DNA of 64,000 nt from a bacterium. Its GTDB lineage: Bacteria; SAR324; NAC60-12. The stretch covers positions 64,001-128,000 of the forward strand of contig CBDDTI010000729.1 of assembly GCA_965233585.1 (NCBI GenBank), read 5' to 3'. This document shows, in pieces, positions 52,086-61,720 of this stretch. The position numbers were made by a program, and so were the translations under genes. The notes below the pieces were generated by a model. That model searched no databases and was not told the DNA's origin. It saw only the letters and a program-made list of their open reading frames with translations. Within the stretch, counting starts at the first letter, position 1, and each line of letters starts with the position of its first letter.

Positions 52086-53762
52086 TTATTTTTTAGGTTG
52101 GTTTTCAATTTTATCAATATTATCATCTACCAATTCCCTTAATACGATAAAAGCATTTTTATAGATGGGTTGCCATTTATCATCCAATGGATTGACTATG
52201 CTATGAAAAAGTATATTTCTAAGTTCATACACAAACTTTACGAACCATTTCAGTTCTGCTAATTTTTTATTGTCATTTGGTTTTGTGTAATTTTTATAAG
52301 GTAATGGCTCAAATAAATTTTCTATTGCAAAATTACTTCTTATGCGCTGAAAACAAGTTGTTATCGCTTGATTAAAATTATTGGTATTGTTAAACTATAA
52401 GTGATATGCGATATTAAGTTCATTTAATTGAATTGATAGTCATGGTGTAGCAATGAAGTTGTGTCCTAGATGTGAAAGTGAGAAGACGGTTAAGAATGGT
52501 TTCTTATATGGTAAACCGAGGAGGCGTTGCAATGCCTGCAACTATCAATATACCAAGTCCTATCGTGGCCAAATCTCACCACAGATCAAAAGAAGAGCAT
52601 TAGAGTTGTATTTGGAGGGTCTTGGTTTCAGGTCAATCGGTCGTTTGCTGAATTGTTCTCATGTTTCAGTTTATAATTGGGTCTGTAGTTTTGGCGAACA
52701 GCTCAAGGCATTAAGAAAGGACACAGACATTGAAATTATGGAAATTGATGAAATGCACACCTACATCCAGTCAAAAAAAACTACTGCTGGCTCTGGATTG
52801 CTGTTGATAGATGTGGGAAGCAATTTATCAATTGTGTGCTTGGAAACAGAGACTCAAAAGCCTGTAGGCATTTATGGGACAAGGTCAAGGAAACAAAACC
52901 TCTTCAGGTGATGACTGATCACTGCAAGGCTTACAAACAAGTCATTCCCAAAGAAATTCATACATGTTCCAAGGCAGAAACATACACGATAGAAGGGTAT
53001 AATTCTCTCTTGAGACATTTCTTGGCAAGAATGAGAAGGAAAACCAAATGTTACAGCAAGTCTCTTAAAGCATTACAATATTCTGTTCTTTTGTTCATGG
53101 CAAAACGGAATAATCAGCTATCACTTATTACTTAACAATGCCAAATTATTTTCTGCTTTCTCTTTTTGTTTTTTAGTAAGCGGTTTGTATATTTCAGTTA
53201 AATTATTTTCTACATTTTCTTTTAATTGGTCTAAAATATCATCTTTGTTGTAATTGTTATTGCTTATAAATTTATCAATAGAAATTTTACCCGTCAAAAA
53301 ATATTTTTTACTGTTTTTTAATAGTGTCTCTGTTTCTTTTCTATTGTCTTTAATTTCTATATACAAAATTTTATCATTTTTATTTTCTTTATCTTTTCCA
53401 ATTTTGATTTCATAGCTAAATTTATTTTTCCTGTTTTGGATTTCTTGCTTTTGCTTAAATTCCTCATTTAATCTATAAAAAGTATAAAAATGGTATTTCT
53501 TTAATTTTTCATCGTTTAATATCAATTTATTAGATGCTTTGTGTATATCACAAATACATTGATAAATGTCTTCGTTTGTATTAGCTGGAATTGCTATGTT
53601 TTTAACTGCTTCTTTGATAAGTTTCCCATCTCCTGAATTAATATCAACATCTTTGTATAATTCGTGTAAGGTTGATAAATAAGCAAACCAAGATTTGATG
53701 TACAATGAAAAATAATCTACATCAATAGACTGTCGCCAATTTTGATATTTAGCTTCACTCAT
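52086..53762 (-). pseudogene. HEPN-domain protein interrupted by IS1
   Basis: Removing the IS and one TSD restores a 302-aa ORF containing YELRNILFH (Rx4H). Confidence 0.82.
52383..53142 (+). mobile_element. IS1-family element, apparently intact
   Basis: TIRs GGTATTGTTAA / TTAACAATGCC, 8-bp TSD AAATTATT, ORFs 52453..52911 and ..53135 joined by A8C -1 slip at 52773-52781; DEMH, MTD, IEGYNS motifs. Confidence 0.93.
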
Positions 53763-55167
53763 TGCTTTGTTGCTCTATAAACTCCAGCCCCGCATCTTCT
53801 CCCTCCTCAATCGCCACCTCCACCGCTTGCTTGGCTACTTCCAACAATCTTTCGCTTTCTTTTTTGAGGGCAAAACTTTGTTCTATTTTTTTGGCGGTTT
53901 GGGTTTGGGTTTCTTTTTTGATGATGGGAAGTATAAAATTTTCTATATCTTCATTTCTTATTTTAGGCTGACCCGTTTGAGTTTTATATTTATTTATTTG
54001 TTCTTGAAACAATAACGAATGCAACAATACTTCAAAAAACAAAGGATTAAAAGTATTGCCTAATAAACATAATTTAGATGTATTATTTGATATAAAACTA
54101 TGATTTAGTTCTTTAGGTATCCTATTAGATTTTCCTATAGTATCTCCTATTGTAGCAATGATAAACTCATTTTCTTGAACAATAGTTTCATTTGTATGAA
54201 TAAATTTATCATCAATATAAATAATTTGTTCTTGGTTTATAAATCCACTTTTTGATAATTCTTTAATTCTAATATAAGCCCTTTTTGAGTCTTCAACATA
54301 ATACTCTTTATCTATCAAAGAACCATTACTAATTTTTGATATTTCACCTAACTTCAAATATCCATTTGAATAAGATTTTATCTTTTTCTCTAATTCCTCA
54401 TACTTCGGCTGATAATATTCCGCATCCAATCTACCACTGGTGCCAAAACTTTCGCTAAAATTTTTAACGCTTACTTTTTCTTGTGATGGGGTAAAATCCT
54501 TTAGTCCCACTTCTTCCAACAACAACGCTTCAGCTTCACGGTAGAGGGTTTTAGAAGTGTCTAATTTGTGATGAGCTTGTTTGACTAATTTTTCTATTTG
54601 GAGTTGGAAGGTTTGAGAAAAAAGAGGAATCTTTACATTCAAAACATCATGATCGGTAATGGCAGGATACATTGTTGCCGTATTTTCTCTCATCATTTTA
54701 GTTGTGAAAAATTTTGTTTTTAGAAAAGAATACACAAAATAGGGATTGATTAATTTTTTATCAATTCTTAAAACAGCAAAGCCACTTGTACCCACCAAGC
54801 GTTTAGAATTTCTTATAAAAGCAACAGCATTTCTATTAGGTCTAACCGTAGATACAACAATATCATTTTCTTTTAAACAGTAAGTTGCTCTATCTGGAAT
54901 AGTAGAACAATCTATAACTTCTGTTGTATAATCTAAACCTTTTAAATGTACTCCAGATATGGACAAATAGTTAAAATCTTTTTTGAGTTTTAAAGATTTT
55001 ATATTGATAACAGTTTCCTTTTTTAGATAAATCCTTAATGGTTTCCCTTGTAAGTAGTTTTCATTATTAAGCAAGAATTTTAAATAATATTCACTATCTA
55101 ACCTATTCCTGTAGCTTTGTTGATAAGTTTGAAAATCAATAATACTTATTTCCAGCCCCTCCAACAA
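53755..55167 (-). CDS. Restriction-modification specificity subunit, two TRDs
   Basis: Repeated RLD(S/A)EYY plus IKIP/ILP-helix conserved regions. Confidence 0.88.
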   Translation of the reverse strand: MLEGLEISIIDFQTYQQSYRNRLDSEYYLKFLLNNENYLQGKPLRIYLKKETVINIKSLKLKKDFNYLSISGVHLKGLDYTTEVIDCSTIPDRATYCLKENDIVVSTVRPNRNAVAFIRNSKRLVGTSGFAVLRIDKKLINPYFVYSFLKTKFFTTKMMRENTATMYPAITDHDVLNVKIPLFSQTFQLQIEKLVKQAHHKLDTSKTLYREAEALLLEEVGLKDFTPSQEKVSVKNFSESFGTSGRLDAEYYQPKYEELEKKIKSYSNGYLKLGEISKISNGSLIDKEYYVEDSKRAYIRIKELSKSGFINQEQIIYIDDKFIHTNETIVQENEFIIATIGDTIGKSNRIPKELNHSFISNNTSKLCLLGNTFNPLFFEVLLHSLLFQEQINKYKTQTGQPKIRNEDIENFILPIIKKETQTQTAKKIEQSFALKKESERLLEVAKQAVEVAIEEGEDAGLEFIEQQSNE

Positions 55168-55226
55168 AGCCTGATATTTGGCATCATCAAAGGGGCTTAA
55201 TACTTTCCCACATTTTCATTCCTCCT
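55154..55226 (-). promoter_or_regulatory. Putative programmed -1 ribosomal frameshift signal
   Basis: AGGAGG-11 nt-G GGA AAG-5 nt-long stem-loop linking the RM and S frames. Confidence 0.65.
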
Positions 55227-57263
55227 TTTGTAAAGGGGGCTAGGGGGATTTTTATCTCTGCTTTGTGGGCTTTGCCAAAAACTCAAATTTTCCTTTTTGG
55301 AAAATTCAATGAAGGCTTCAGCGATGCCATCTTGGGTTTGTCCTTCGTGATTAAAGAGGTCATGTTTGACGATTTTATGCCCGTGTTGGTCTAATTGGTC
55401 TAATCCATCTGAACGTTTGACAAAGATTTTATCGCCGCTGTTGTCTTTGCTGGGTTCTTGTTGAGTAGCAAAAAAGATGGGGTAATCGTCTTTTTTAGGA
55501 CAAAGTGTTTCGTCCCATTTTTGCACAAACAACACGCTGGTTTTGGTGCCTGTATGGGGTTTGAAGACATTGCCATGCAAACCGACTACGGCAAGTATTC
55601 GGCATCGTTCGGCTATGTAATCTCTGATTCTTTTATCGCTGGAGTTATTAAAACGTCCTTGTGGTAAAACGATTGCCATGCGTCCGCCATCTTTTAGAAA
55701 GTTAAGATTGCGTTCTATGAACAAAATATCTCGCCCGACTTTGTTTTCATATTTGCCGTTTTCCTTTTTGCCCAAATCATACAGGCTAAACAAATCGCTT
55801 TCTTTGATGTCTCCTGCAAACGGTGGATTTGCCATGAGAAGATCAAAGTTAAAATCGCGGTTGCTTTGCTTGCTGTTTCGTATCCTTTTTAGTTTTCTCC
55901 AACCTTCATAGTAAGTATCAATCCAATCCTCTTCTTTTTGAGTTTCGTCCCATCTTTTGTAATCCAAAGTATTCAAATGCAAGACATTGGTTTGTCCATC
56001 TCCTGCAATGAGGTTTAACGTTCGTGCAACGCGTACTGCTTTTCTGTCAAAATCAATGGCAAACACTTTGTCTGCTACATAATCCATACATTCTGCTGGT
56101 TTTTTCTCTGTTGTGAACAGGTGGCTTTTGGAAAGTCCTTTCTCTTTTAAAATCTGCTCCCAGACATAAAACATGGCATGCACAGGAAAGCCACAACTGC
56201 CTGCGGCGGTGTCAATGATGGTCTCTTCTTTTTGTGGATTGAGCATTTTAACGCACATGTCAATGACGTAACGTGGGGTAAAATATTGACCTTTCTCGCC
56301 TTTGCTACTTTGGTTCATCAGATACTCAAAGGCTTCATCTACCACATCTAAATTAGAGTTAAAGAGTTTGACATTTTGCAAAGATGACACACAAACTGAC
56401 AAGTGAGAAGTGGTCAGGTTGATTTTATCATCAGGGTTAAACACACTTTGCCATTTTCTCTTTGCCTTATCAAAAAGCCCTTGTATTTTTTGTTTAAGCT
56501 CGGTTTGGGTATCGCCATAATTCCTAAACTGCAAATGACGTTTTTCGTCCCGTCCGCTTTCCATTTCATCATAAAGTTTGGTAAAGATGAGCTTAAAGCA
56601 TTCTTCAAAAGCATCTACTCCTGCATTTGCCAAAACCTCATCTTCCATTTCTTCAATGAGGTCTTTCAACGATTTACGTTCTTTGACTAATTTGTCCTCT
56701 CGTTCCAAATCTTTCCAAGTCCAACGTTCGGTGAGAATGTCAGACAGCTTTTCAGTGGCTTTGGGCAGGCTTGTCAGGTCTTCAAAATAATTGGGGTCTT
56801 TGCGGTGATAAAAAGAGATTTGCTCGCCATTTGTCCAAACGGCAATCGGTGAACCTGTGGCATTGCAGTAGCTTTTAAGCTGGTCTTTTCCATCTCTGAG
56901 CTTGGGCTGTTTCACTTCTACAATGATATAAGGATCGGTGGGTCTGTCCTTGTCAAAGATGACAATATCAGCTCTTTTGATTTCTCTGCCAAAATGCACG
57001 GGATATTCGCATTGCATGCGTTCAAAAGGGTATTGGTAACCTTCATTTAAAATGATGAGATAAAGCTGTCTGATGACTTCTTCGGGGGTGAGTTTGATGT
57101 CTTTCTTTCTGACCAAGCATTCAACATGGGGAATTTCTTCACCTTTTTTGTTGGGTTTGCTGAATATCTTACTTTCTAAACGTGGAATGACGTATTCAAA
57201 GCCTTCTTCAGAAAATTGCTCTAGGCTGTAATTAGAATCTTTTAAAATGTCTGTCAGTTTCAT
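55197..57263 (-). CDS. Fused PD-(D/E)XK endonuclease (HsdR_N-like) plus N6-adenine methyltransferase (Type IIG/IIB-like)
   Basis: TPEEVIRQ, ADIV..IVEVK, GQYFTPR, DTAAGSCGF, NPPF. Confidence 0.9.
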   Translation of the reverse strand: MKLTDILKDSNYSLEQFSEEGFEYVIPRLESKIFSKPNKKGEEIPHVECLVRKKDIKLTPEEVIRQLYLIILNEGYQYPFERMQCEYPVHFGREIKRADIVIFDKDRPTDPYIIVEVKQPKLRDGKDQLKSYCNATGSPIAVWTNGEQISFYHRKDPNYFEDLTSLPKATEKLSDILTERWTWKDLEREDKLVKERKSLKDLIEEMEDEVLANAGVDAFEECFKLIFTKLYDEMESGRDEKRHLQFRNYGDTQTELKQKIQGLFDKAKRKWQSVFNPDDKINLTTSHLSVCVSSLQNVKLFNSNLDVVDEAFEYLMNQSSKGEKGQYFTPRYVIDMCVKMLNPQKEETIIDTAAGSCGFPVHAMFYVWEQILKEKGLSKSHLFTTEKKPAECMDYVADKVFAIDFDRKAVRVARTLNLIAGDGQTNVLHLNTLDYKRWDETQKEEDWIDTYYEGWRKLKRIRNSKQSNRDFNFDLLMANPPFAGDIKESDLFSLYDLGKKENGKYENKVGRDILFIERNLNFLKDGGRMAIVLPQGRFNNSSDKRIRDYIAERCRILAVVGLHGNVFKPHTGTKTSVLFVQKWDETLCPKKDDYPIFFATQQEPSKDNSGDKIFVKRSDGLDQLDQHGHKIVKHDLFNHEGQTQDGIAEAFIEFSKKENLSFWQSPQSRDKNPPSPLYKRRNENVGKY

Positions 57264-57384
57264 GGTCAGATTTGGGGTTTATTTTCAAGATTTTCCACTT
57301 GGCAGCGGTGAGGAAATGATGTACCTTTTTCATAGTTTGTTGTTTGGTGAATGACTTTGAAAAAGACTTTTGAATCAGGAGGAA

Positions 57385-57458
57385 TGCACCCGGGAGGACT
57401 TGAACCTCCAACCTTTGGATTCGAAGTCCACTGCTCTATCCGATTAAGCTACGGGTGC
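57385..57458 (-). tRNA. tRNA-Arg(TCG)
   Basis: GCACCCG..CGGGTGC-A, anticodon loop CTTCGAA; CCA not encoded. Confidence 0.94.
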
Positions 57459-57472
57459 TTGGAGGAGAAATC

Positions 57473-57549
57473 TGGGGCAAGCAAAGGGACTTGAACCCTC
57501 GACCACTGGAATCACAATCCAGCGCTCTACCAACTGAGCTATGCCTGCC
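57473..57549 (-). tRNA. tRNA-His(GTG)
   Basis: G-1, GCAGGCA..TGCTTGC-C-CCA, anticodon loop TTGTGAT. Confidence 0.94.
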
Positions 57550-57563
57550 AAACAAAACTGGAC

Positions 57564-57592
57564 ATTCTATGCTAACTCAACCTAATTGACAA
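57564..57592 (-). promoter_or_regulatory. sigma70 promoter for tRNA-His/Arg
   Basis: TTGTCA-17 nt-TAGAAT on the minus strand. Confidence 0.6.
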
Positions 57593-58449
57593 TAAAATTG
57601 TTCACTCATCATCTGCCTCTCAAAGTCCGCCTTACTCTTTCTTGCTCATTATTCCTTTGCGTGACTGCCATCTTGCTTGTGTTTTTGCAAACGACACAAT
57701 CTTTGGTCAGGCAACACATTGCCAGTTATCAAACCGTGTCCTTGATTCTCAATTCGCAAGCAACATTGAAAGAAGCACAGAAGATTCAGCAACGAGTAGA
57801 AGATGACTTCCGTCTCCAATTTCAAAACGAATTGACCTTTCAAGATTCATTGAACACCATCAAACAAAACTTTGACCTAGAATTGCTCAATACTGACACC
57901 ATTGCTCCTTTGTTTTATGGTGTTATTCAGTTTCAGGTCAAAGATGATTATTTGCCACAGTTGGAGACCATTATCAACCGCTTGAGCGTTTTTGAAGAAG
58001 TAGAAGAAGTCGTTTACTTTCCTGACCAACTGAAACAAGCCATGACGTATCGTGTCAAAATCAACCAACTGTCTTTGGCTGTCTTTGCTGGACTTGGTGT
58101 GATTTATCTGATGCTTTCGTGGTATGGAACATCTGCTTTGGTTTCTTTGCACCGTGAATCGTTGGCTCTGAAAGCTCTCTTTGGGGCAAATTTTTCAGTG
58201 ATTTACTTGCCTTTCTTCAAGGAAATAGTGATAATGAACAGCTTGGCTCTGACTGTTCCACTGGGCTTAATGAGTTTTTTAAGTCAAAAAATACCTTCTT
58301 GGTTAGGGGGAGTGATTGTCAAGTTTCAAGATTTGGTCACGCTAGGGGGGCTGGAATACGACCCATTCTTCCTGCTGATGACTTTAGCAATTTTGGGATT
58401 CCTGCTGAACTTGTCTGTGGTTCACCTGCACCTTTCTAAATTGAGCTGA
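57586..58449 (+). CDS. FtsX-like permease
   Basis: TM, periplasmic loop, three TMs; LFGA....IYLPF..E motif. Confidence 0.65.
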   Translation: MTIKLFTHHLPLKVRLTLSCSLFLCVTAILLVFLQTTQSLVRQHIASYQTVSLILNSQATLKEAQKIQQRVEDDFRLQFQNELTFQDSLNTIKQNFDLELLNTDTIAPLFYGVIQFQVKDDYLPQLETIINRLSVFEEVEEVVYFPDQLKQAMTYRVKINQLSLAVFAGLGVIYLMLSWYGTSALVSLHRESLALKALFGANFSVIYLPFFKEIVIMNSLALTVPLGLMSFLSQKIPSWLGGVIVKFQDLVTLGGLEYDPFFLLMTLAILGFLLNLSVVHLHLSKLS

Positions 58450-58507
58450 ATGTTACACATTATGTCAGATTGGTCTCTCAAAAATACCATCTATCAAACA
58501 AAACAAC

Positions 58508-59719
58508 ATGTCTCTGATTGATTCCATTGAACGAAAGCGATTTCCATGTCAAATAAAACAATGTTCTAATACATTTGAATTGACACAACGAGAGGCTCTG
58601 GAAAGCCTCAAGAATAAAAATTTTGAAGCACCTCATCGCATGTGTGATGAATGCTACTCTCGTTTTCAAAAATTAGAAGACCTTCAGGTGACATGTGCGA
58701 CACATGATTGCAATGAAGTCATCACCATCAAACCTTATAAACAACTGGCAGATTCAAAGAAAAAGAAGAGTAACTTTGACCCCATGCTCTTTTGTGAGTC
58801 TTGCCACGAAGTTTTAAAAAATCTTGCTCCCAGAAATGAAAAATGCAGGTTACAACATTGTGACAACACTTGGGAATGGTATCCTGCCTCACAGCTCAAA
58901 AAACTGGGAAGAAAGCTGGAAGGGCAAGCAGACCCAAGACTTTGTCAACCTTGTGCAGAGTCTTTAAAAAAACTTCAGGTCAAAGAAATACCATGCCGCA
59001 TCAAGCACTGTTCTTACACATGGCGACTAGAACGACTGCCCCAGCTAGACCTTCAGAAAAAAAAGAATGTCATCTCTAAAAGACTCTGCTTGCGTTGTGC
59101 AAAAAAATTGAAAGAATTAGCTGTGAAGCAGGTGCCATGTGCCATGCCTGCATGTAACAATTCGTGGGATTGGAACACCTTCTCTCAATTAGAGCATTTT
59201 TGTAAGCAAGAAAGCGGGAATGCTGAAGAACTCAAAAGATACTGTAATGACTGCTTTCACTACCTGCGTCAAACCAAATCTAAAACAAAGAAATGTCATA
59301 CTTCAGGATGCAAAAATCAAATCCAACTCTCTGCAGAAGAACAGCTTAGAGAACGATTGGTCAAAAGAAAGAAGGGAGACAAGGCTGAACTGTTTGTCTG
59401 CCAAGAATGCACCGACTGTCAAGACCAACTCCAAAGCCAAGAAATAGAATGTAAACAACAAGGATGTTCTCAAACATTCACTTGGACTAAGGAGGAACAA
59501 ATCAGTCAAATCAGACGTCAGGGGAAAGGGTGGATTCAAAACACTCATCAACGACATTGCGACTCTTGTCTTGAGTTTATGAAAGAGAACAGAGATCAGA
59601 AACTCGTTTGCCAAAAATGTCAAACGCAAGAAATTTCTTGGACAATCAATGAACAACTCATGTGCCACTTAGGAGTTTGGACAAAACCGACAACATGCCC
59701 TCAATGCCTAAAAACTTGA
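58508..59719 (+). CDS. Protein with eight tandem zinc-ribbon repeats
   Basis: Eight units of Cx4C (last Cx2C)..W/F..Q..CxxC, ~50 aa each. Confidence 0.8.
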   Translation: MSLIDSIERKRFPCQIKQCSNTFELTQREALESLKNKNFEAPHRMCDECYSRFQKLEDLQVTCATHDCNEVITIKPYKQLADSKKKKSNFDPMLFCESCHEVLKNLAPRNEKCRLQHCDNTWEWYPASQLKKLGRKLEGQADPRLCQPCAESLKKLQVKEIPCRIKHCSYTWRLERLPQLDLQKKKNVISKRLCLRCAKKLKELAVKQVPCAMPACNNSWDWNTFSQLEHFCKQESGNAEELKRYCNDCFHYLRQTKSKTKKCHTSGCKNQIQLSAEEQLRERLVKRKKGDKAELFVCQECTDCQDQLQSQEIECKQQGCSQTFTWTKEEQISQIRRQGKGWIQNTHQRHCDSCLEFMKENRDQKLVCQKCQTQEISWTINEQLMCHLGVWTKPTTCPQCLKT

Positions 59720-60387
59720 ACACTAAATCTGTCTTCTTCAAAATTTTGATTCTGCTCACACTGGTCTTGACTGGGTGTTCCACACGTTTTTCTGACTATG
59801 ACTTTTACCCCATCTATCGCAATGTCCGTTTTTTAGATGCAGACACAGAAGAGCTTTTTAGCAAGGTTCATCGCTTTGGCTTTCTTTACCAAGATTATCG
59901 TCCCGTGCTAGTCGCTGACGTCATTTTTAAGGGTGCCGATTATCGTAAGTTATATGCCAATAATATAGTGGAGGGCTACGGACTGCGTCAGAAGCAAAGC
60001 GATGACATCTTGCGTGAACAACGAAAGTCTTATCATAATCGCTTTGAATTTGTCTTGTTTCTCTACAACGGAAGCCTTGACAACATAGACTTACACAAAG
60101 CAAAATCTCAATGGAAACTCTATCTACAAGATGATGATGGAGACGAGCTTTTGCCAATGGAAGTGAGAAAGCTCAAACACGATGCACCTGAAGCGATTTT
60201 TTTAAAAAAATACATGATTGAATTAGACCGCTGGGTAGAAGTGTACCTTGTGTCTTTCCCCAAATTAGCCAAAGCTGTCTTGCAAGAAGAATCAGGAACA
60301 AAAGACTTTCAAATGACCTTGACCAGCTTGAATGGACGCATCTTGCTTGAATGGAAGCAGTCCCAATTATTTTATTCCAAATTCTAA
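59662..60387 (+). CDS. Hypothetical lipoprotein
   Basis: Lipobox LTGC after hydrophobic stretch; true start likely ~59704. Confidence 0.7.
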   Translation: MPLRSLDKTDNMPSMPKNLNTKSVFFKILILLTLVLTGCSTRFSDYDFYPIYRNVRFLDADTEELFSKVHRFGFLYQDYRPVLVADVIFKGADYRKLYANNIVEGYGLRQKQSDDILREQRKSYHNRFEFVLFLYNGSLDNIDLHKAKSQWKLYLQDDDGDELLPMEVRKLKHDAPEAIFLKKYMIELDRWVEVYLVSFPKLAKAVLQEESGTKDFQMTLTSLNGRILLEWKQSQLFYSKF

Positions 60388-60389
60388 CG

Positions 60390-60857
60390 ATGCGCTACCG
60401 ACCAAACGTCTGTGCTGTGATTGTGAACCCCGAACGAACTCATGTTTTGATGTTTCACAGAGTAGATTTTAAATTCCACTGCTGGCAGTTTCCACAAGGC
60501 GGGATAGATGAGGGAGAGACAGAATTAGAAGCACTTTACCGAGAACTGCATGAAGAAATTGGGGACAATGACATTGAAATTTTGCAGCAATCTAAAAGTC
60601 GGATTCGCTACCGATTTTCTCCTACTGCCAGACGTTCAAGACATTCTAAAAAAGTGGTTGGGCAAGAACAAAGATGGTTTGTCATCCATTTGAAAAATGG
60701 GACAAGCAACATCTCTTTTGAACAAGTACCTGCAGAGTTTAATGACTTCCAATGGTTTAAAATAGAGGGTTGTTGGAAGCAACTCCCTGCCTTTAAACGT
60801 AAATCGGTCAGGAAAGCACTCAAACAGTTTAGGCTCATCAAATGTCAACGCAAATGA
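60390..60857 (+). CDS. rppH: RNA pyrophosphohydrolase (Nudix)
   Basis: YRPNV, WQFPQGGIDEGE..ALYRELHEEIG, GQEQRWF. Confidence 0.88.
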   Translation: MRYRPNVCAVIVNPERTHVLMFHRVDFKFHCWQFPQGGIDEGETELEALYRELHEEIGDNDIEILQQSKSRIRYRFSPTARRSRHSKKVVGQEQRWFVIHLKNGTSNISFEQVPAEFNDFQWFKIEGCWKQLPAFKRKSVRKALKQFRLIKCQRK

Positions 60858-61615
60858 AAGCGGTCAAGCAGTTCGTTTGCAAAGCGAATGTATGCTGTTG
60901 AGCCTATTGCCTCCAAGTTGCGACTGAACACTGTATCCCCCATTGCACTAGATTCCATAATATCAGGACATCTTGGGATAATTGTTTGAAAAACCGATGC
61001 AGGTAAAGATTTGTAAATTTGACGGCAGATTTGGCGATGTACAGGCATCTGGCAGTCATACATGGTCATCAAAATTCCTGCGATTCGTAGGTCTCCAGAA
61101 ATGGAATGCTGAAGTTGCCTAAACAGCTTTAAAAAACGTTTCAATGAACCAATCGCAAGGGCTTCACATTGCAAAGGGGCAACAATTAAATCTGATGAAA
61201 TCAAAGCACTGACGCTCAATTCATTGGAAGAAGGAGGTGAATCAAGCACTATGAAGTCATAATGATCCATCGCTTCACGTTCAATCCATTCTTTTAAAAA
61301 GGCAGGATTTGATGCGTTTTTTAAAATCTGTGCTTCATCTCTAAAAGACATGGCATTTGAAAAGATGAAGTCCAAATTTTCACGAGATGTTGGCGTCGTC
61401 ACTTCAGAAAGCGATGCTTGGTCACAAAAAAGTTCGCGTATTCCACGGGCAGGCTGTTGTTGATAACCGAATGAGGCTTGAATAGAACCTTGTGGGTCAA
61501 GGTCAACCATCAGCACTTTACGACCCCCGATGGCAAGTGCTGCCGAAAGATTGGTGGAACAAGTCGTTTTGCCAACGCCCCCTTTTTGACTAGAAAATGT
61601 AATTACTGTTGTCAT
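60845..61615 (-). CDS. ParA/Soj family ATPase
   Basis: QKGGVGKTT, DLDPQGS, DSPPS, PLQCE. Confidence 0.92.
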   Translation of the reverse strand: MTTVITFSSQKGGVGKTTCSTNLSAALAIGGRKVLMVDLDPQGSIQASFGYQQQPARGIRELFCDQASLSEVTTPTSRENLDFIFSNAMSFRDEAQILKNASNPAFLKEWIEREAMDHYDFIVLDSPPSSNELSVSALISSDLIVAPLQCEALAIGSLKRFLKLFRQLQHSISGDLRIAGILMTMYDCQMPVHRQICRQIYKSLPASVFQTIIPRCPDIMESSAMGDTVFSRNLEAIGSTAYIRFANELLDRFHLR

Positions 61616-61720
61616 AACATACTCAAATTAAAAAACTTTGTGACACAAAACCAAAGGCACGAATCTCATGTACTCTAAATTAAATCAAATGACCATCATT
61701 TAACAGGCTATTATCATACT

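Noticed and set aside
53121..53762. 213-aa ORF as a complete gene
   Set aside because: Its last residues come from the IS end; it is the N-half of the split HEPN gene
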